Shown here: in pieces, positions 41,113-59,215 of the stretch
Layout of the letters: each line of letters begins with the position of its first letter
Position numbering within the stretch: the stretch's first letter is position 1
Source: the human T2T-CHM13v2.0 reference genome, Homo sapiens
DNA: 64,000 nucleotides
Strand: one strand, 5' to 3'
NCBI RefSeq assembly: GCF_009914755.1
Contig: NC_060933.1
Program-made: the position numbers and the translations under genes
The notes under the pieces: model-generated
What the model was told of the DNA's origin: nothing
Seen by the model: the letters and a program-made list of their open reading frames with translations, nothing else
Databases searched by the model: none

Positions 41113-42418
41113 CTATAAACCAATAAAAATTAAGGACAAAGAAGGGCATTACATAATAATAAAGGGTACAATCCCACAAGAAGACATAACAATCCTAAAT
41201 ATACACCCAACATTTTAGCACCTAGATCAATAAAACAAGTTCTTCTTGGCCTATGAAAGGACTTAGACAACCACATGGCAATAGTGGGAGACTTCAACAC
41301 CCCCCTAACAGTGTTAGACAGATAATCGAAGCAGAAAACAAAGAAACTCTGAACTTTTAAACTCTATATTTGACCAGTTGGACCTAAGAGACATCCACAG
41401 AACACTCCACCCAACAATTATAGAATGTACACTCTTCTCATCTGCATGTGGAACATATTGTAATATGACCACATGCTCAGTCATAAGGCAAGTCTCAATA
41501 AATTTTTTAAAAATTGAAATCATATCAAGCACAGTCTCAGACTATGGTGCAATAAAAATAGAAATATCAGAAGGTCTCTCAAAACTACACAAATATATGG
41601 AAATTAAACAACTTGCTCATGAATAACTCCTTGGTGAACATCAAAATTGAGGCAGAAATTTTAAAAAATCTTTGAAATTAATGAATATAGAGACACAAGT
41701 TACCAAAATATCTGGGATGCAACTAAAGCAGTGTGAAGAGGAAAGTTTACCACACTAATACCTTCATCAAGAAGTTAGAAACATCTCAAATTAGCAACTT
41801 AATATTACACCTACAAGAAGTAGAAGAAAAAGAACAAACCAACGCTAAAGCTAGCAGAGGAAAATAAATAACTAAAATTAGAGAAGAACTGAGTAAAATT
41901 GAGTGCAAACATTCATACAAAAGATCAATTAAACCAAGAGTTAGTTGTTTGAAAAAATAAACAATATTGATAGACCACTAACTATATTGTCAAGGAAAAA
42001 AAAACAGAGAAGATCCAACTAAGTACAATCAGAAATGACAAAGATGATATTACAAATGACCCCACAGAAATACAAGAGATCATCAGAGAGTACTATAAAC
42101 AATGCTATCCACACAAATTAGAAAATCTAGAGGAAGTGATTAAATTCCTGGAAACACACACTCCCCGAAGATTGAATCAAGAAGAGACTGAAACCCTGAA
42201 TAGGTTAATATAGAGATCTGAAATTGAATTAGTAACAAAAAGCATACCAACTATAGAAAGCTCTGGAACATATTGTTTCACAGCCAAATTCTACTAGACA
42301 TACAGAGAAGAACCGTACCAATCCTACTGAAATTATTCCAAAAAGAAAAAAAGGAGGAGGGTCTTCTGCTTCACGCATTCTATGAAGTCAGTATCACTCA
42401 GACACCAAAATCTGTCAG

Positions 42419-42446
42419 ACACACACACACACACACACACACACAC
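42419..42446. repeat. (CA)n microsatellite
   Basis: About 14 AC units within L1 ORF2. Confidence 0.9.
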
Positions 42447-43440
42447 GAAAACTTTAGGCCAATAACCCTGATAAACATAGGTTAAAAAATCCTCAACAAA
42501 ACACTACCAAACTGAATCCAGCAGCACATCAAAAAGTTAATTCACCAAAATCAAGTAGGCTTTATTCCTGGGATGCAAAGCTAGTTCAACATAAGCAAAT
42601 CAATATATGTGATTCACCACATAAACAGAATTAATAGCAAAACCATGTAATCATCCCAATAAATAAAGAAAAAGCTTTTGATAAAATTTAGCACCCTTTC
42701 AAGATAAAAACCTTCAGCAAACTAGGCATCAAACGAACATACCTCAAAATAATAAGAGCCATCTATGACACATCCATAGCCAACATCATGGGCAAAAGCT
42801 GGAATCATTCCCCTTGAGAATCAGAAGAAGACAAGGATGCCCACTTTTACCACTCCTATTCAACTTAGTATTGGAAGTCCTAGCCAGATCAATCAGGAAA
42901 GAGAAATAAAGAAATGGCATCCAAATAAAAAAAACAATGAGTCAAACTGTCTCTCTTCACTGACAATATGTATATTTTATACCTAGAAAACCCTAAATAC
43001 TGACAAAAGGCTCCTAGAACTGGTCATCAACTTTAGTAATGTTTCAGGATACAAAATCAATATACCAATATCAGTAGCATTAATATACACCAATAAAGTT
43101 CAGGCTGAGAGTCAAATCCAGAACACAATCTCATTTACAATACCCACAAAGAAAATGAAATGCCTCGTAATACAACTAACCAAAAAGGTGAAGGATCTCT
43201 GCAAGAAGAACTACAAAACACTGTTGAAAGAAATCATAAAGGACACAAATAAATGGAAAAACATTCCATACTCATAGATTGGAAAAATCAATATGATTGA
43301 AATGGCCACACTGCCCAAAGCAATTTACAGATTCAGTGCTATTCCTATCAAACTACCAATGTCATTCTTCATAGAATTAGAAAAAAGCTATTCTAAAATT
43401 TATATGGAATCAAACAAGAGGTGGAATAGCCAAATCAATT

Positions 43441-43671
43441 TTTTTTTTTTTTTTTGAGGCGGAGTCTCACTGTGTCGCCCAGGCTGGAGTGCAGTGGTGC
43501 GATCTCGGCTCACTGCAAGCTCCGCCACCACGCCCGGCTAATTTTTTTGTATTTTTAGTAGAGACATGGTTTCACCACGTTAGCCAGGATGGTCTCGATC
43601 TCCTGACCTCGTGATCTGCCCTCGGCCTCCCAAAGTGCTGGGATTACAGGCGTGAGCCACCGCGCCTGGCC
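43441..43671 (-). mobile_element. AluY with an internal deletion of about 60 bp
   Basis: cactgcaagctccgcc joined directly to accacgcccggctaa. TSD ggaatagccaaa(t/g)caatt at 43423-43440 and 43672-43689. Confidence 0.95.
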
Positions 43672-44016
43672 GGAATAGCCAAAGCAATTCTAAGCAAAAA
43701 GAAAAAAAGCCAAAGTTATCACACTATCCAGTTTCAGATAATACCATAAGGCTACAGTAACCAAAACATCATGGTTCTGGTACAAAAACAGACACATAGA
43801 CCAATGGAACATCATAGAAAACTCAGAATTAAAGCCACACACCTATAATAATCTGATCTTTGACAAAGATGACAAAATCAAGCAATGGGGAAAGCACTCC
43901 CTATTCGATAAGTGGTACAGGGATAATTGGGTAGCCATATGCTGAAAAATGAAACTGGACCCTTACCTTTCACCATATCCAAAAATTAACTCAAGATGGA
44001 TTTAATATTTAAATGT

Positions 44017-44415
44017 GTCTAGTCATGGTGGCTCATGCCTGTACTCCCAGCACTTTGGGAGGCTAAGGTGGGAGAATCACTCAAGTTTACGAGTTTGATA
44101 CCAGCCTGAGCAATATAGGGAGACCTCATCTCTCTATATAAAAAAAGTTAGCTGGGCATGGTGCAACGTGCCTGTTGTCCCAGCTACTCGGGAGGCTGTT
44201 GGGGGGAGATCACTTGAGCCCAGGAGTTCAAGGCTGCTGTGAGCTGATTGTGCCACCTCGATTCAGCCTGGGCAACAGAGTGAGACTCTCTCTCTCACCA
44301 TATATATATATATGTATATATATACACACATATATGTGTATATATATACACATATATATAACTCATATGATATGAGATATATATCTCATATGAGATATAT
44401 ATATATATATATATG
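44017..44415 (+). mobile_element. AluJ whose tail has become a (TA)n/(CA)n palindromic microsatellite
   Basis: gagatcacttgagcccaggagttcaaggctgctgtgagctgattgtgcc (J diagnostics). TSD atttaaatgt at 44007-44016 and 44416-44425. Confidence 0.92.
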
Positions 44416-45575
44416 ATTTAAATGTAAGACTTCAGATTACTAAAATCCTAGGAGAAAACCTAGGAAATACCCTTCTTGACATAACCTTGGCAAAGAATTT
44501 TTGACTAAGTTTCCAAAAGCAATTGCAACAAAACAAGAATTGACAAATGGACCTGGTTAAACTAAAGAGATTCTGCACAGCAAAAGAAACTATCAACAGA
44601 GTAAACAGATAACCCAAAGAATAGAAGAAAATATTTGTAAATGATGCATCTAACAGAGGTCTAATATCCAGCATCTATAACTTAAACAAATCAACAGCAA
44701 AAAAAAAAAAATCCCATTAAAAATGGGCAAAGGACATGAATGGGCACTTCCCCAAAGAAGCCATACAAATGGCTAACACACATACAAAAAAATACTAATT
44801 ATCACTTATCATCACAGAAGTGCAAATTAAAACCACAATGAAAAACCATCGCGCACCAGTCAGAATGGCTACTACTAAAACATCAAAAACAACAGATGCT
44901 GGTGAGGCTGTAGAGTATAGGGAATACTTATACACTATTGGTGGGAAAATAAATAGTTCAGCCACTATGGAAAGCAATTTGAACATTTCTCAAAGAACTT
45001 GCATCAGAGCTACCATTCAACCTGGCAATCGTATTACTTGGTATGTATCCAAGGGAAACTACATTATTCTACCAAAAAGACACACCCACTTATACATTCA
45101 TCACTGCGTAGCAAAGACATGGAACCAACCTAGGTGCCCATCCATAGTGGACTGGATAAAGAACATATGGTACATATACACCATAGAATACTATGCAGCC
45201 ATTAAAAAGAGCTAAATCATGTCCTTTACAGTAACATGGATGCAGCTGGAGGCCATAATCCTAAGCAAATTTATGCAGGAATAGAACACAAAATATTGCA
45301 TGTTCTCATTTACAAGTGGCAGCTAAAAATTCAGAACATATGGATATAAAGATGGGAACAATAGACACTGCTGATTAGATGGGAGAGGGAAGGAGGGGAG
45401 CATAGATAGAAAAACTTCCTATTGGATGCTATGCTTACTACCTGGGTGACAGGATCTGTACCCCAAACCTTGGCATCATGCAATATACTCATGTAACAAA
45501 CCTGCACATGCAGCCCCTGAATCTAAAGTAAAAGTTGAAATTAAAAACAAAACAAAACAAAACAAAACATAAAAC

Positions 45576-45875
45576 AGACACCAGATACAAAGGCTACATA
45601 TTCTATGTCCATTTAGAAGACATGCTAAAAAAAATGTCCCTATCCTACAGGGACTTTAACCAGATAATTTATTGTTAGAAGTTGGGGATGGGAGTAGGGG
45701 GTTGACTGGAAAGGGCCATAACAGAATTTTATCTTATTTTATTTTTTCACAACAGAATTTTTAAGGTGACTAAAATGTTCTATATTTGGATTCTGGTGGT
45801 GATTCCATGACTGTACACATTTGTCAAAACGTATTGAATTGTACTCTAATTAACGGTACATTTTACGTTATCTTT
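45576..45875 (+). mobile_element. Continuation of the L1M 3'UTR split by the L1PA insertion
   Basis: ccagatacaaaggctacatattctatgtccattta...ggggttgactggaaaggg...gactgtacacatttgtcaaaac. Confidence 0.8.
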
Positions 45876-45981
45876 ATTTGTGAGAAGTTAACAGCTCACT
45901 TATATGCAGGGAAGAAAATGATCAGACATGTTGATGTATTTTTTTATACCTTAATAAGTTTGACAAACAAAATAAATATCA

Positions 45982-46427
<446 letters not shown>

Positions 46428-48012
46428 TCACTTCAATGTCCCAAGTAATTTTCTGATGCATAGTCAGGGGACTGCATGACTCATACAGTGTTGTACTCTC
46501 ATATAGTCACCAGATTTATATGATTTGTGAGGGAGGTTGCCAACATAAGACCAACAGCTGAAGGAGTCACCAAACTGTGAGAAGCACAAAAAATGCCACA
46601 CCTTGTATATTTCATGTCCAAAATCCCCGTGCAGGGGGATGGTACCACAAAGGTAATCACAGGAGTCAGTCTCCATTCCAATTGGAAGAAGTGCTGAATG
46701 TCAAGCAGTGTCTTGGTTCTTTCTCCAAAAGCCTCATGTCCTGGAGGAAAGGAGTTGCCATATCTGAGGGTTTTTACTTCCTGGGCTTCAGAGAGAAAGG
46801 TATTATATTTTTTCTCCAAGGCATCTAGAGTAAGGAGAGCTAGCTCTGCCCCGGTGTAGATAGATGCAATTCCAGTCATATTTCCTAGTCCACACATCTG
46901 TAGAGTGCAATAAATAAGCAACCAATTGTGTTGTGATTAGCCTGAATTTGTTAAGAGAATGTTTCTATATACTATGTTAAATTTTCCACTTTGCAAATGT
47001 CCCCCAAAGTGCTACAGAATACATCTGATATATTTTCTGGCTCTCTGAAGAAACCAGTAAGTATCAAGCAAGTCTTCATCATCTCTGTCTCAAATAATAA
47101 TAATTTCAATTCAACAATTACTTATTGAGCCCTTATGATGTTCCAGATGATAGCAAATAAAGGGCTAGGGTTCAAAAAATAAAAGACTTGGGTCTATATC
47201 CTCAAGAAGCTCACAGTTATTAATATTTCTTAAAGGAAATAATGGGATAATTTGATGTATTCTATATGTTTATGATCATATATGAGACAAAATTTTGTTT
47301 TGCCTCTATTCTTTTGTTTTCTCTTGTACTTATGGATAAGAGAACAGAGACCACAAACATTTTTTCCATTCCATCTTTGATCCCCTTCCTTAACTTTCCT
47401 AGATATTGTTTCTATTTTTCAATAAAATATTAATAACTTACAGACTATATTCCATGTGTCAGCATTCCATCGAAGATAACCTTATTCCATGTCTTCACAT
47501 TTCCACTGAGGGAAGGTAATTTATATCTAATTCCCATAGGTGGAAGTACTGGAATGAAATCTTTCGAAGTATCTATTCACTCATTAGAAATATGAGTAAC
47601 TGTTCTTGTTAAATTGGTGAGAATTTGAGATCTCTTGGTAATGTATTTTAGGCAGAGTTAGTTCATTGAAAGACAATATAGAGTAGATACTCTATTTCTT
47701 ATCTCTGACTTTATTAGCTCTAGCTGCACCAGATGAGGTAGGCACTTCTACTTCAACCAACTACATGCTAAGTCCTCTAGATCTGGGCCCTCTGTGTTAG
47801 AAAAGCACTACTCTCCATAATCTCTTCCAGGAACTGGAAAAGCATGTTAGCTCATACTTTCCCTACAGCCTAATTCTCTTCAATTCAAGAAGTGATGATG
47901 CATTCACCAAATTTAGCTCTTTTGGTGGGCCTTGTGTTTTGAGGATAATTGTCCCAAAATTATTAAAAGAAATACTTTTCCTTTATTTGATTCCTTGTTA
48001 CTTTTGTTTTTA

Positions 48013-48400
48013 TTTGATTCATTCAACAAACATTTATTGAACATCTATTATGTGCTAAGTGCTGAAAATATAATGGGGAATGGAAAAGCTTTTCTGAAAC
48101 ATTAAAAAATTTAAAAACCCAAGAATATAAAAATACAATAGGGTCATGTGATAGAGATTGGCTGTAGAGCTCTTTCTATTGCATATATAGGGAAGCCCGT
48201 TCTAAGAGGTGCTGTTTAAGCTTCATCTTAAATGACACAGTTTAATATGAGGGAGCAACTAAATGTGAAGGAAACACATAAGGGAAGATCTGGAGAGTGA
48301 CACTGGTGGAGAAAACAGCCTCTATAGAAGCCCAAGAGCTTAATACAGCAGAAGGGAGACCAGTGAGTGGTTAGTTGAGGGAAGAAGTAAGAGATAAAGG
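48013..48400 (-). mobile_element. L2 relic
   Basis: attcattcaacaaacatttattgaacatctattatgtgctaagtgctg...agggaagcccgttctaagaggtgctgtttaagct. Confidence 0.7.
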
Positions 48401-51398
48401 GCATCCTCTAAAGTAATTTGTAGTAGCACTGCTGACTCCCCTTTTTGTTTCCCTCCTGTACTTATTTTCTATTAGTGCCTTCCACAACTGATTTCTTTCT
48501 CCTGAGCCTCAATGTTTTCACATTGTATTATAGAACTCCCTGATATAACTAATTTTTATAGAATGTAACCTTTGCACGTAAAGTCAGAATGAGTCATATT
48601 TTTCTTCCCTGAAATATTTTTAGAGTGTAATAATCTGTATTTTTTTGAATTCTGTATTTATTTTCATCTGTGTCACTGAATCAAAAATTATTATTCCTGA
48701 TATTTGAACCCAAAATATTCTTCATTTTCACAAAGGTGCTTTAAAACAGTTACACATCTTAAAAGACGGATGGGTTATTTTATGAAACTCATGCTCTTTC
48801 TTGTACTTCCTATTAAAAAGAATATTATGAGCTTCCTTTCTTACTTTTTGCCTGTCTTTAGGTTTCTCTGGGTTTTATTTTTGTTCTTTCAGTAGGCATT
48901 CTTCTCGGCAGTCACACCACTATACAATTGCAGCAGGTGACCCTTAGCACACTTACAACATTTACAGAATAAATGGTTCTTCATGCAATTATTTCCCAAG
49001 AGAAAACTAATCCTTGCGTATGTAAGTGGGATTCCTCAGTTAAATATATGTTTGACATTGCCAGGTACCTAAACAGACAGTTGTTTCACCCCTGAAAATG
49101 GTCTGAGTGAAATGCCTAAAGCATTCACAGTAGTCTGAAGAGAAAGTAAGAGGCATCTGTCAGGATCCTCCAAACAGTTCAACTTCCTAATCAGGCCATC
49201 TGAATTCCTGAGTGAAAGATAAGAAAAAAACCTTGCCTACCCATGAGCCAGTCACTCATCAGTAATAAAGCAGATGTTTAAACAAGATACACTTAGCCAT
49301 GTCTGTCAGTCTGTCATTTAGTGAAGGGGTGGAGGTGCAGTGGGAAGGAAGAACAGATGAGGGAGAGGAAGTAAAGAGTCCTGTTACACATGAGTGCATG
49401 AGCAATTGATGTGCCGAAATAGAGGCTAAGACTTAAAATAACAATGTGGCAGCCTGAGACATTGTTGCAGTCTGAGACAATAGCTGTTAACTTACTGATT
49501 TTGAAAGATGTCTAGAGAAAAAGACTAGGCCAGTGCTAGTTAAGCAGACAGAGAGAACACATTTTATACTATCTCTTATATTCATTACTTTGGTGGGCAC
49601 TAAGCACATTTGGTCTGGTTATGTAAGTTTTTGTAGGCCATATCCAGAGAAGAATTTTTCTAAGAAGCTATTTTTGTTTGTTTGTTTGGCTGTTTTGCAG
49701 TGGAAATTATGTGTTTGGTGTTTGGTACTGGGCAAACAATTCAGTATTTCTGAAGTCTGATTTCCCCATCTGTAAAATGGTGTCAATAATACATATCTTG
49801 TTGTAAGAACTAGAAATTAAGTGTATAAAATGCATAAGAAATATAGCATTCATTAGTGTTGCTGGTGTGTCTTCTTGGTAGTTGGGATTGTTACTAATAA
49901 CATATTTTGGGGTTAGTGTAGGAGCACGAGACTCCAAGGAGAATGCTTCATGGAAATGTAATAGGAATACCTGAGATCCTGGGAATTGTACTAAACCTTA
50001 TGACTTTGGGATAAGAGGCTGCTATACAGCATCACTGACCCCTGAAATGTCTACCATTTTATGTTATAGAATTCAGTAAGATAAAAACTGACTGACCTTA
50101 ATAAGATTTGGATGTCTGATGTTTAGTAGACAGGTGCTGTCCTCCGATTGGATCTACTTTTATTCTTTGAATCACCATAACCAGCAAATCAGTAGCAGTA
50201 AACTAATTGTAAAATATCAAGTTGGAATATTCCCTATAGTTTCCATATAGCACTTTTTTTTCAGAATCTCTTACTGTTTGGCTCCTCTTTGATTTCAAAA
50301 AATTTAACATTGAATTATCAGTTTTCAGGTACTGGAAGAAACTGATTGGAGCTGAGTCATATAAAAACAAATGGAATAAAAAGCTAGCCAGTTGAAAAGG
50401 CCTCTGGAGACTTTTGTGGGAATTTATGAAAAAAATCTGTTGCATTAGGCAAAAAAATAGTTTGAGGGCTGATAAAATATAGGATGACTTACAAAAGTTC
50501 CTGCAAGGCAAATTGTATGTCAGTTTATTACTCTTGAACAAGCAAAAAAGTTAATTCCTACATTGTGATTTTGGCAAAGAATATCTCTTTAAGAATTTAG
50601 TCACTAAGTGTAGAAATTTGCATTTTTTTAGCCTTAAGAGAAAGTAATAGAAGATATATATTAAATTATCTTGTTTAATCTTCACAAATATATACTGAAG
50701 AAAATACCATTTTTTCCCTATTTTAAAGTTGAGGAAGTTGATAACTGAATAGATTAGGCAACTTGACAGAAGTTCCATCATAAATAATGGAGCCAGGAAT
50801 GAAACTCAGTTGTCTCATTATAATATTGAAAAAGAAGGGAGTGTAAAACCTCAAATAACATCAGTAGCTAAGGGACATGGTGTAGTTACACTGATGATTA
50901 ATATCAATAATGCCATTACTAAGTATTACACTAGTCAATGGATAAAATATTACTGCTGCATGATAGCGGCAAAAGTGATAAAACTGTCAAGAGATAAGAT
51001 ATTCAAAGCAAAAAGTCACTCACGACTCTGTACCTATGTTTAGAGGCTTTCTCACCTTTCACAGTGGATACTGTATTTATTATTTTTAATTTCTTTCCTA
51101 AATTTCAGTATGGTATTATTAATTTTAAGCTAAACTAACATTATTTTTGTAAAGTATATTTTAACAATTGTATTGGAGGCTGCAATAAATTTGTCAGGTC
51201 ATTCTAATTGTTCATTTTGCCTGGGAGATGTACTCTGAAGTATGTGGAAGCAACTGGTATCACAAAATAAGAGTCATATACATAATGAAATACAAACATA
51301 ATGAAGTATCATATTGTTCCATTACAGAAAAAAGGAGAAACTTTTATCTTTTGTGACTGGTGTAAGGAAAATGGACATTTTTCATAAACAAACCCTAG

Positions 51399-51644
<246 letters not shown>

Positions 51645-52639
51645 TAGTTTTAATGAAATACTAGTGTATTTTTTATGGAACCAAACTGTTGATTCGGAAG
51701 AACGTCTTAAAGTATTATTAAATATGAAGAAAATAATATATCTGCAGATTATAATCAATAAAGCATAGTTGAACATGTTAATAAATATTTTCATATCAAT
51801 ATCTACTTCATTTATTCTTTTATATATTCATTCATTACTCAACACACATTTAATGAGCACATACTTATATCAGAACCTGTGTTCGATGTCATAAATAATT
51901 GAAGAATGAAATAGAGGAGATCCTTGAAAGAGCTTATAGTTTCTCCCAGTCACAGGAATATAGTCCATAAATGAGAATTTTTTTTTACATGATAGTATGA
52001 AATGATGTGACCACAGAATCGGAGTTGTATAGCTCCTGGGCTTTTGATGGAAACTGGGTATGTTGAAAATTATGTGATGTTACCATATTGCTGAGGACCT
52101 AATCTATCCATATCTCATGTGATGCTTTCACATCATTCCAACAAATGATTACAGCACTTTTTTCTTCCTTTTTATTCGATCTAATGATATGGTAGCATTT
52201 ATGGTCAGGACTAAAACTATGAACAAGAAGTATTTTGTGATGTTTTGCCTAAACCATTCCTGATTTTTCAAGAATGCACCTCACTTTTTAAAGAAATAAA
52301 ACCAATGAACACATTTTTTTAAATTTGCTTGATTTCTTTGAATGTTGACATTGTTAACTATGTTGTTTTTCACACAATTTTTTCCTTAGCTTTTATGAAC
52401 TTTCAATTTCTTCATTAAAAAAAACTGCCTTCTGTGTACTATTTTTAATGTGTGGCATCTAAAAACTATTGTTGAGTATATTTTTGTCTGCTTTTAAAAT
52501 TGTGTCAGGAGGGAGTGTAAATCTAGTTTCTGTCACTTCATGAAGGTGGGAAGTAGATATTTGAGTATTCTTTTAAAGTATTAAAAACAATTTTCTTGGT
52601 ATTGGAGGAACATTCAGCATGAACATTGTTATTATTGTA

Positions 52640-55425
<2,786 letters not shown>

Positions 55426-55503
55426 TCTAAAAGTATTTATTTATTCACATTTAATGCTTTTCTCTGATGCTGGTATTTCTAGTTTTATTAGACTTTTAGC
55501 ATC

Positions 55504-55902
55504 TGATATGGTTTAGATATTTGTCCCATCCAAATTTCATGGTGAAATATAATCCCCAGAGTTAGAGGTAGGGCCTGGTGGGAGGTGTTTTGATCATGGC
55601 GGCATATCCTTCATGAATGGCTTATTGCCATCTCCATGATAGTGAGTGAGTCCATGCAAAATTTGGGTATTTAAAAGTGTGTGGCACTCTCCTCACCCCC
55701 ACCCCTGTTCTTGCTCTCACCATGTGACATGCTGGCTCTCTTCCACCATAATTGTAAGCTTCGTAAGGCCTCACCAGAAGCAGATGCCAGCACCATGCTT
55801 CCTGTACAACCTGCAGAATCATGAGCCAATTAAGCTTCTTTTTTTTATAAATTACGCAGCCTCAGGTATTTCTTTATAGCAATGCAAGGATGGAGTAATA
55901 CA
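55504..55902 (+). mobile_element. MST (MSTB-like) ERVL-MaLR solo LTR
   Basis: tgatatggtttagatatttgtccc...ctttatagcaatgcaaggatggagtaataca. Perfect 5-bp TSD GCATC at 55499-55503 and 55903-55907. Confidence 0.93.
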
Positions 55903-58048
55903 GCATCTTAAGAAATACGGCAATGAATTCCCTGTGTTTTGACAGTTTTGCAGAAGAAACAGCATAACTAGCACTGCTGATATAATTAAGGCAACTCTAT
56001 GTTCTGAATGCCTAAATGTGTCAGGCACTTCTCTAGGTATTTTGGTATGTATTATGTCATTTAATTCCCATGTACACTCCCTATTTTTACATGGGAAGGA
56101 AATAGATTGAGAGAAGTTAAGAGTCTTGCTAAGTTTATGCTATTGATGGATGACAGTTGGGTTTGAACTTGGTTTTTCTGACTCATGTCATTTCCAATTG
56201 ATAATTAACCATGCTTCCCATCTGAGTATTCTTTGTTCTCCATTTGCCGAAATAGTCACAGTTATCATTGACATTCCAGAGGAAAAAAAATTATCCTGAG
56301 AATCTTAAGTGTACTGAAAAAAAAAAAAAGGAGAGAGGATTCTTTGTTACAATTTTTTTACATTTTGTTATGTTTATTAGAGTGAGGAATTACAGTGGTG
56401 TTTTTTTTTTAAACAAGTGGTAAAAGTTATTTCCCTAAAATTATATTAATGGCCAGAGCACCTTGAGAGACAATTATCAATATTATTCTGCATTTATTGA
56501 CCCCCAATTTATGTAGCTACTCTGCTTCTATTTATTATATTTAATCACTAAAGGATAAAATACTGAGTTTTTGTTTTCTAATTGGTATTTCTCTGTTTTA
56601 TAAATCTTCTGTGTATTGTTAGGTATTGTATTGTAGACTGAAGTAATTTTACTTTGAGGAGGTTAGTAGCCAAAGTGGACAAGAAATGTGATGATAGGTT
56701 TTCAGGAATCATACACCACTTTTCAATTAAAATAATATAAATTATATTAATAGATGTAGAAATATTTTTGATAGATATTTTTGTATTATAAGAGATATAT
56801 ATAAATGTGGGTTGAGATTTGGGCAGCCAGATCTCATTTGAACTTGTCCAGACCAAAATATAAGTCATTTTGTAACTAATAGAGTATAAAATCAGGGTTT
56901 AACTTGAAACCACTCTAAGTAAATCTACAAAGTGGTTATAGTTGAAAGAGACTACTGCTCTTACTTTTAATCTGATGTTAATATACTTCCTATAGAATTA
57001 TATAAGGATAAATTCCATTGTTCTAAAGCCAAAGATTCAGGTAGGCATCTTAATTCTGCCATCAGAACACTTTCATCACACTTTGTTGAAGTTTTCATGA
57101 GCCTCGTTCAGGAAACTTTTTAAAGTGAGATTCTTTTGATTTTGGAGTCAAATGGCCGAAAGCCAAAATACTTGAAGTAGTGACACCTTTCTAGTTCTAG
57201 AATTTCTCATAGGCTCTGAACTGGAAAGAAATGTGCCTTTCTAGCATATTTGATACTATATTTGCTGACACATGGGACAACAACTCAAGTGGCCCTCCTT
57301 CCATAGTAACCTTAAACAAGTATGCAGGTCCAGTAGAAAGAACATGAGCTTTGACATGAGGCAAATCTGCACAAATACATCAACTTTCTGCACCTGTTTT
57401 GTCACCTTAAAAGAGTGGGCATGATAATTTCATTGGAAAGGTATGGGGATTGAATGAGATGATGTTACTAAGTAACATCTAGTATGGTTTTTGGCATATA
57501 GTAGACATTGATAAATATTTGTGGCTTAAACAAACACATGAGAAATTTATGTAAAAAGTAATCAGCTATCTTTCTTTCTGCTTTTAGCAGAGAGAAGATG
57601 TAAACAGAATGTAGAGTTAGGTAGCAATGTAAAAAATAAAACAGTAGTTTGAGAAAGAAAATAAAAAATATATTTACTACAAAAAAATAGTGCCTGGAAA
57701 CACTCACTGTCAAATTCATGGGATAGGTTGCTTGCTATTTCAATCTAGAGTAAAATAATCCTTTGAGAAAAAAACCTAGTCAAACATGGCAGAGATTTTG
57801 TCTATGGCCCCAGTTCTTAGCCCAATTTTCAACACGCTGATACTCCGGAAACCTTCAATTGAACTCAGAAGTTATGGCAGTATTTAACTATAACTTTTGT
57901 ATGTATTTGCTATTTTTGAAAAAAATTATAAATTATTTTGTCTTATAATTATGAAGTCAATTCTAAGAATGTGTCTCTTCTCTATATAATATTGTTACAA
58001 GCTATCCCATTTCACATATTTACATGTGACTCACAAAAATCTTCAGAC

Positions 58049-58470
58049 TGTGGAAGCCATGCGAATGCACCACTCAGCTCTCCCTTTGAGAGGTAATCTG
58101 CTGCAAGCAAGGCTGCACCACAGCATTCGCACTGACTTCACACTCTCCCCAGGCTTCTCAACTTGCCTAGATTCAGGCCATTTCTGCCTGACTCAGAATT
58201 CCTCTAAGAGACAGCCTTTGCTATGTGGATCCCTACTGGCCTGACTGAGACTTTCTCAGAGGTACACTACAGCTTGAAGTTCTTCCTACCTAATCCTTCT
58301 TTCTTCTCTCTGTTCGCTGGTGTTCCGACATGCATTATGGTCTGAGGCTCTAATACCTACTATTGTTCCTACTCTCCTTTATCCTTCACAGCTGTTCCTC
58401 CAAAGAATAATGTCTTGCTCTTCTAATTCTATCTTAATGTCTCCTTCCCAGAGAACCTGAATTGACCACA
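58049..58470 (+). mobile_element. LTR16-type ERVL solo LTR
   Basis: tgtggaagccatgcgaatgcaccactcagctctccc...tggtctgaggctct...cccagagaacctgaattgaccaca. Confidence 0.75.
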
Positions 58471-58934
58471 GATAGACTGCTAACCAAATAATTAATTATT
58501 ACATACTAATTAACATTATGTTATTAAATTTTTCATATAACTGGCAATTCCTTTTTATTTCAACAATCTCTATAATTAATAAACTAAGGCTCTTTTTTCT
58601 ATATCATACACTTGAAGCACTCTGTAGTGAAATGAGTTATTTTGTCAGAGTTTCCTATAGTGATTCCAGATGCCCATAAGAACTGTCACACCTTGATCTT
58701 TTCCATGCATTTCTAATTCATGTCACTGACACATGCTTATTGATTATCAATTAGGTGATCAACATACCAAAGAAACAGTCATTAGTTTTATAAGAATAGT
58801 TTCCTATTCTTAGGAGAGGAGGTAGACATTAAATAATCATAACAAGAAAAATCAACCATGACAAGCTTATAAGTGAAAAAGGAAAAGAGGAGGAGTGAGT
58901 GAATAAGATTGAGAAGTAGAGAAGTAGGAGGGGA

Positions 58935-59215
58935 AGAACAACAAGAAGTTATGGTATCATGCAAGTCAAAAGAAGAGAATTCTAAGTACTCTGAGCTCAA
59001 TTGTGTTGTACAAGGTGAAGACTGAAAAGAGTCTTTTGACTTGGCAGCATGAGAATCATTGGTGACCTCATGAAATGAGTGTAAATGTGGGATTAGAGAA
59101 AGGTTTGATGTATGTGTGATTTGATTTAATATGAGATGAAGAAGTGGAGATAGAATATGCAGAAAATTTTCTGGGATTTGGCTGTGAAGGAGAGAGGTAA
59201 AAAGAAATGGCATAT
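58935..59215 (-). mobile_element. L2 internal relic
   Basis: gaagactgaaaagagtcttttgacttggcagcatgagaatcattggtgacct...tttggctgtgaaggagagagg. Confidence 0.7.

Noticed and set aside
46464-46921. Three overlapping ORFs (70-140 aa) in unique sequence, possible processed pseudogene
   Set aside because: No recognisable protein similarity, no poly(A) or TSD, non-ATG starts for two of them.
47530-48940. Possible + strand exons (acceptors near 47539 and 48892)
   Set aside because: Only one good splice site each, or weak donors; short unrecognised peptides.
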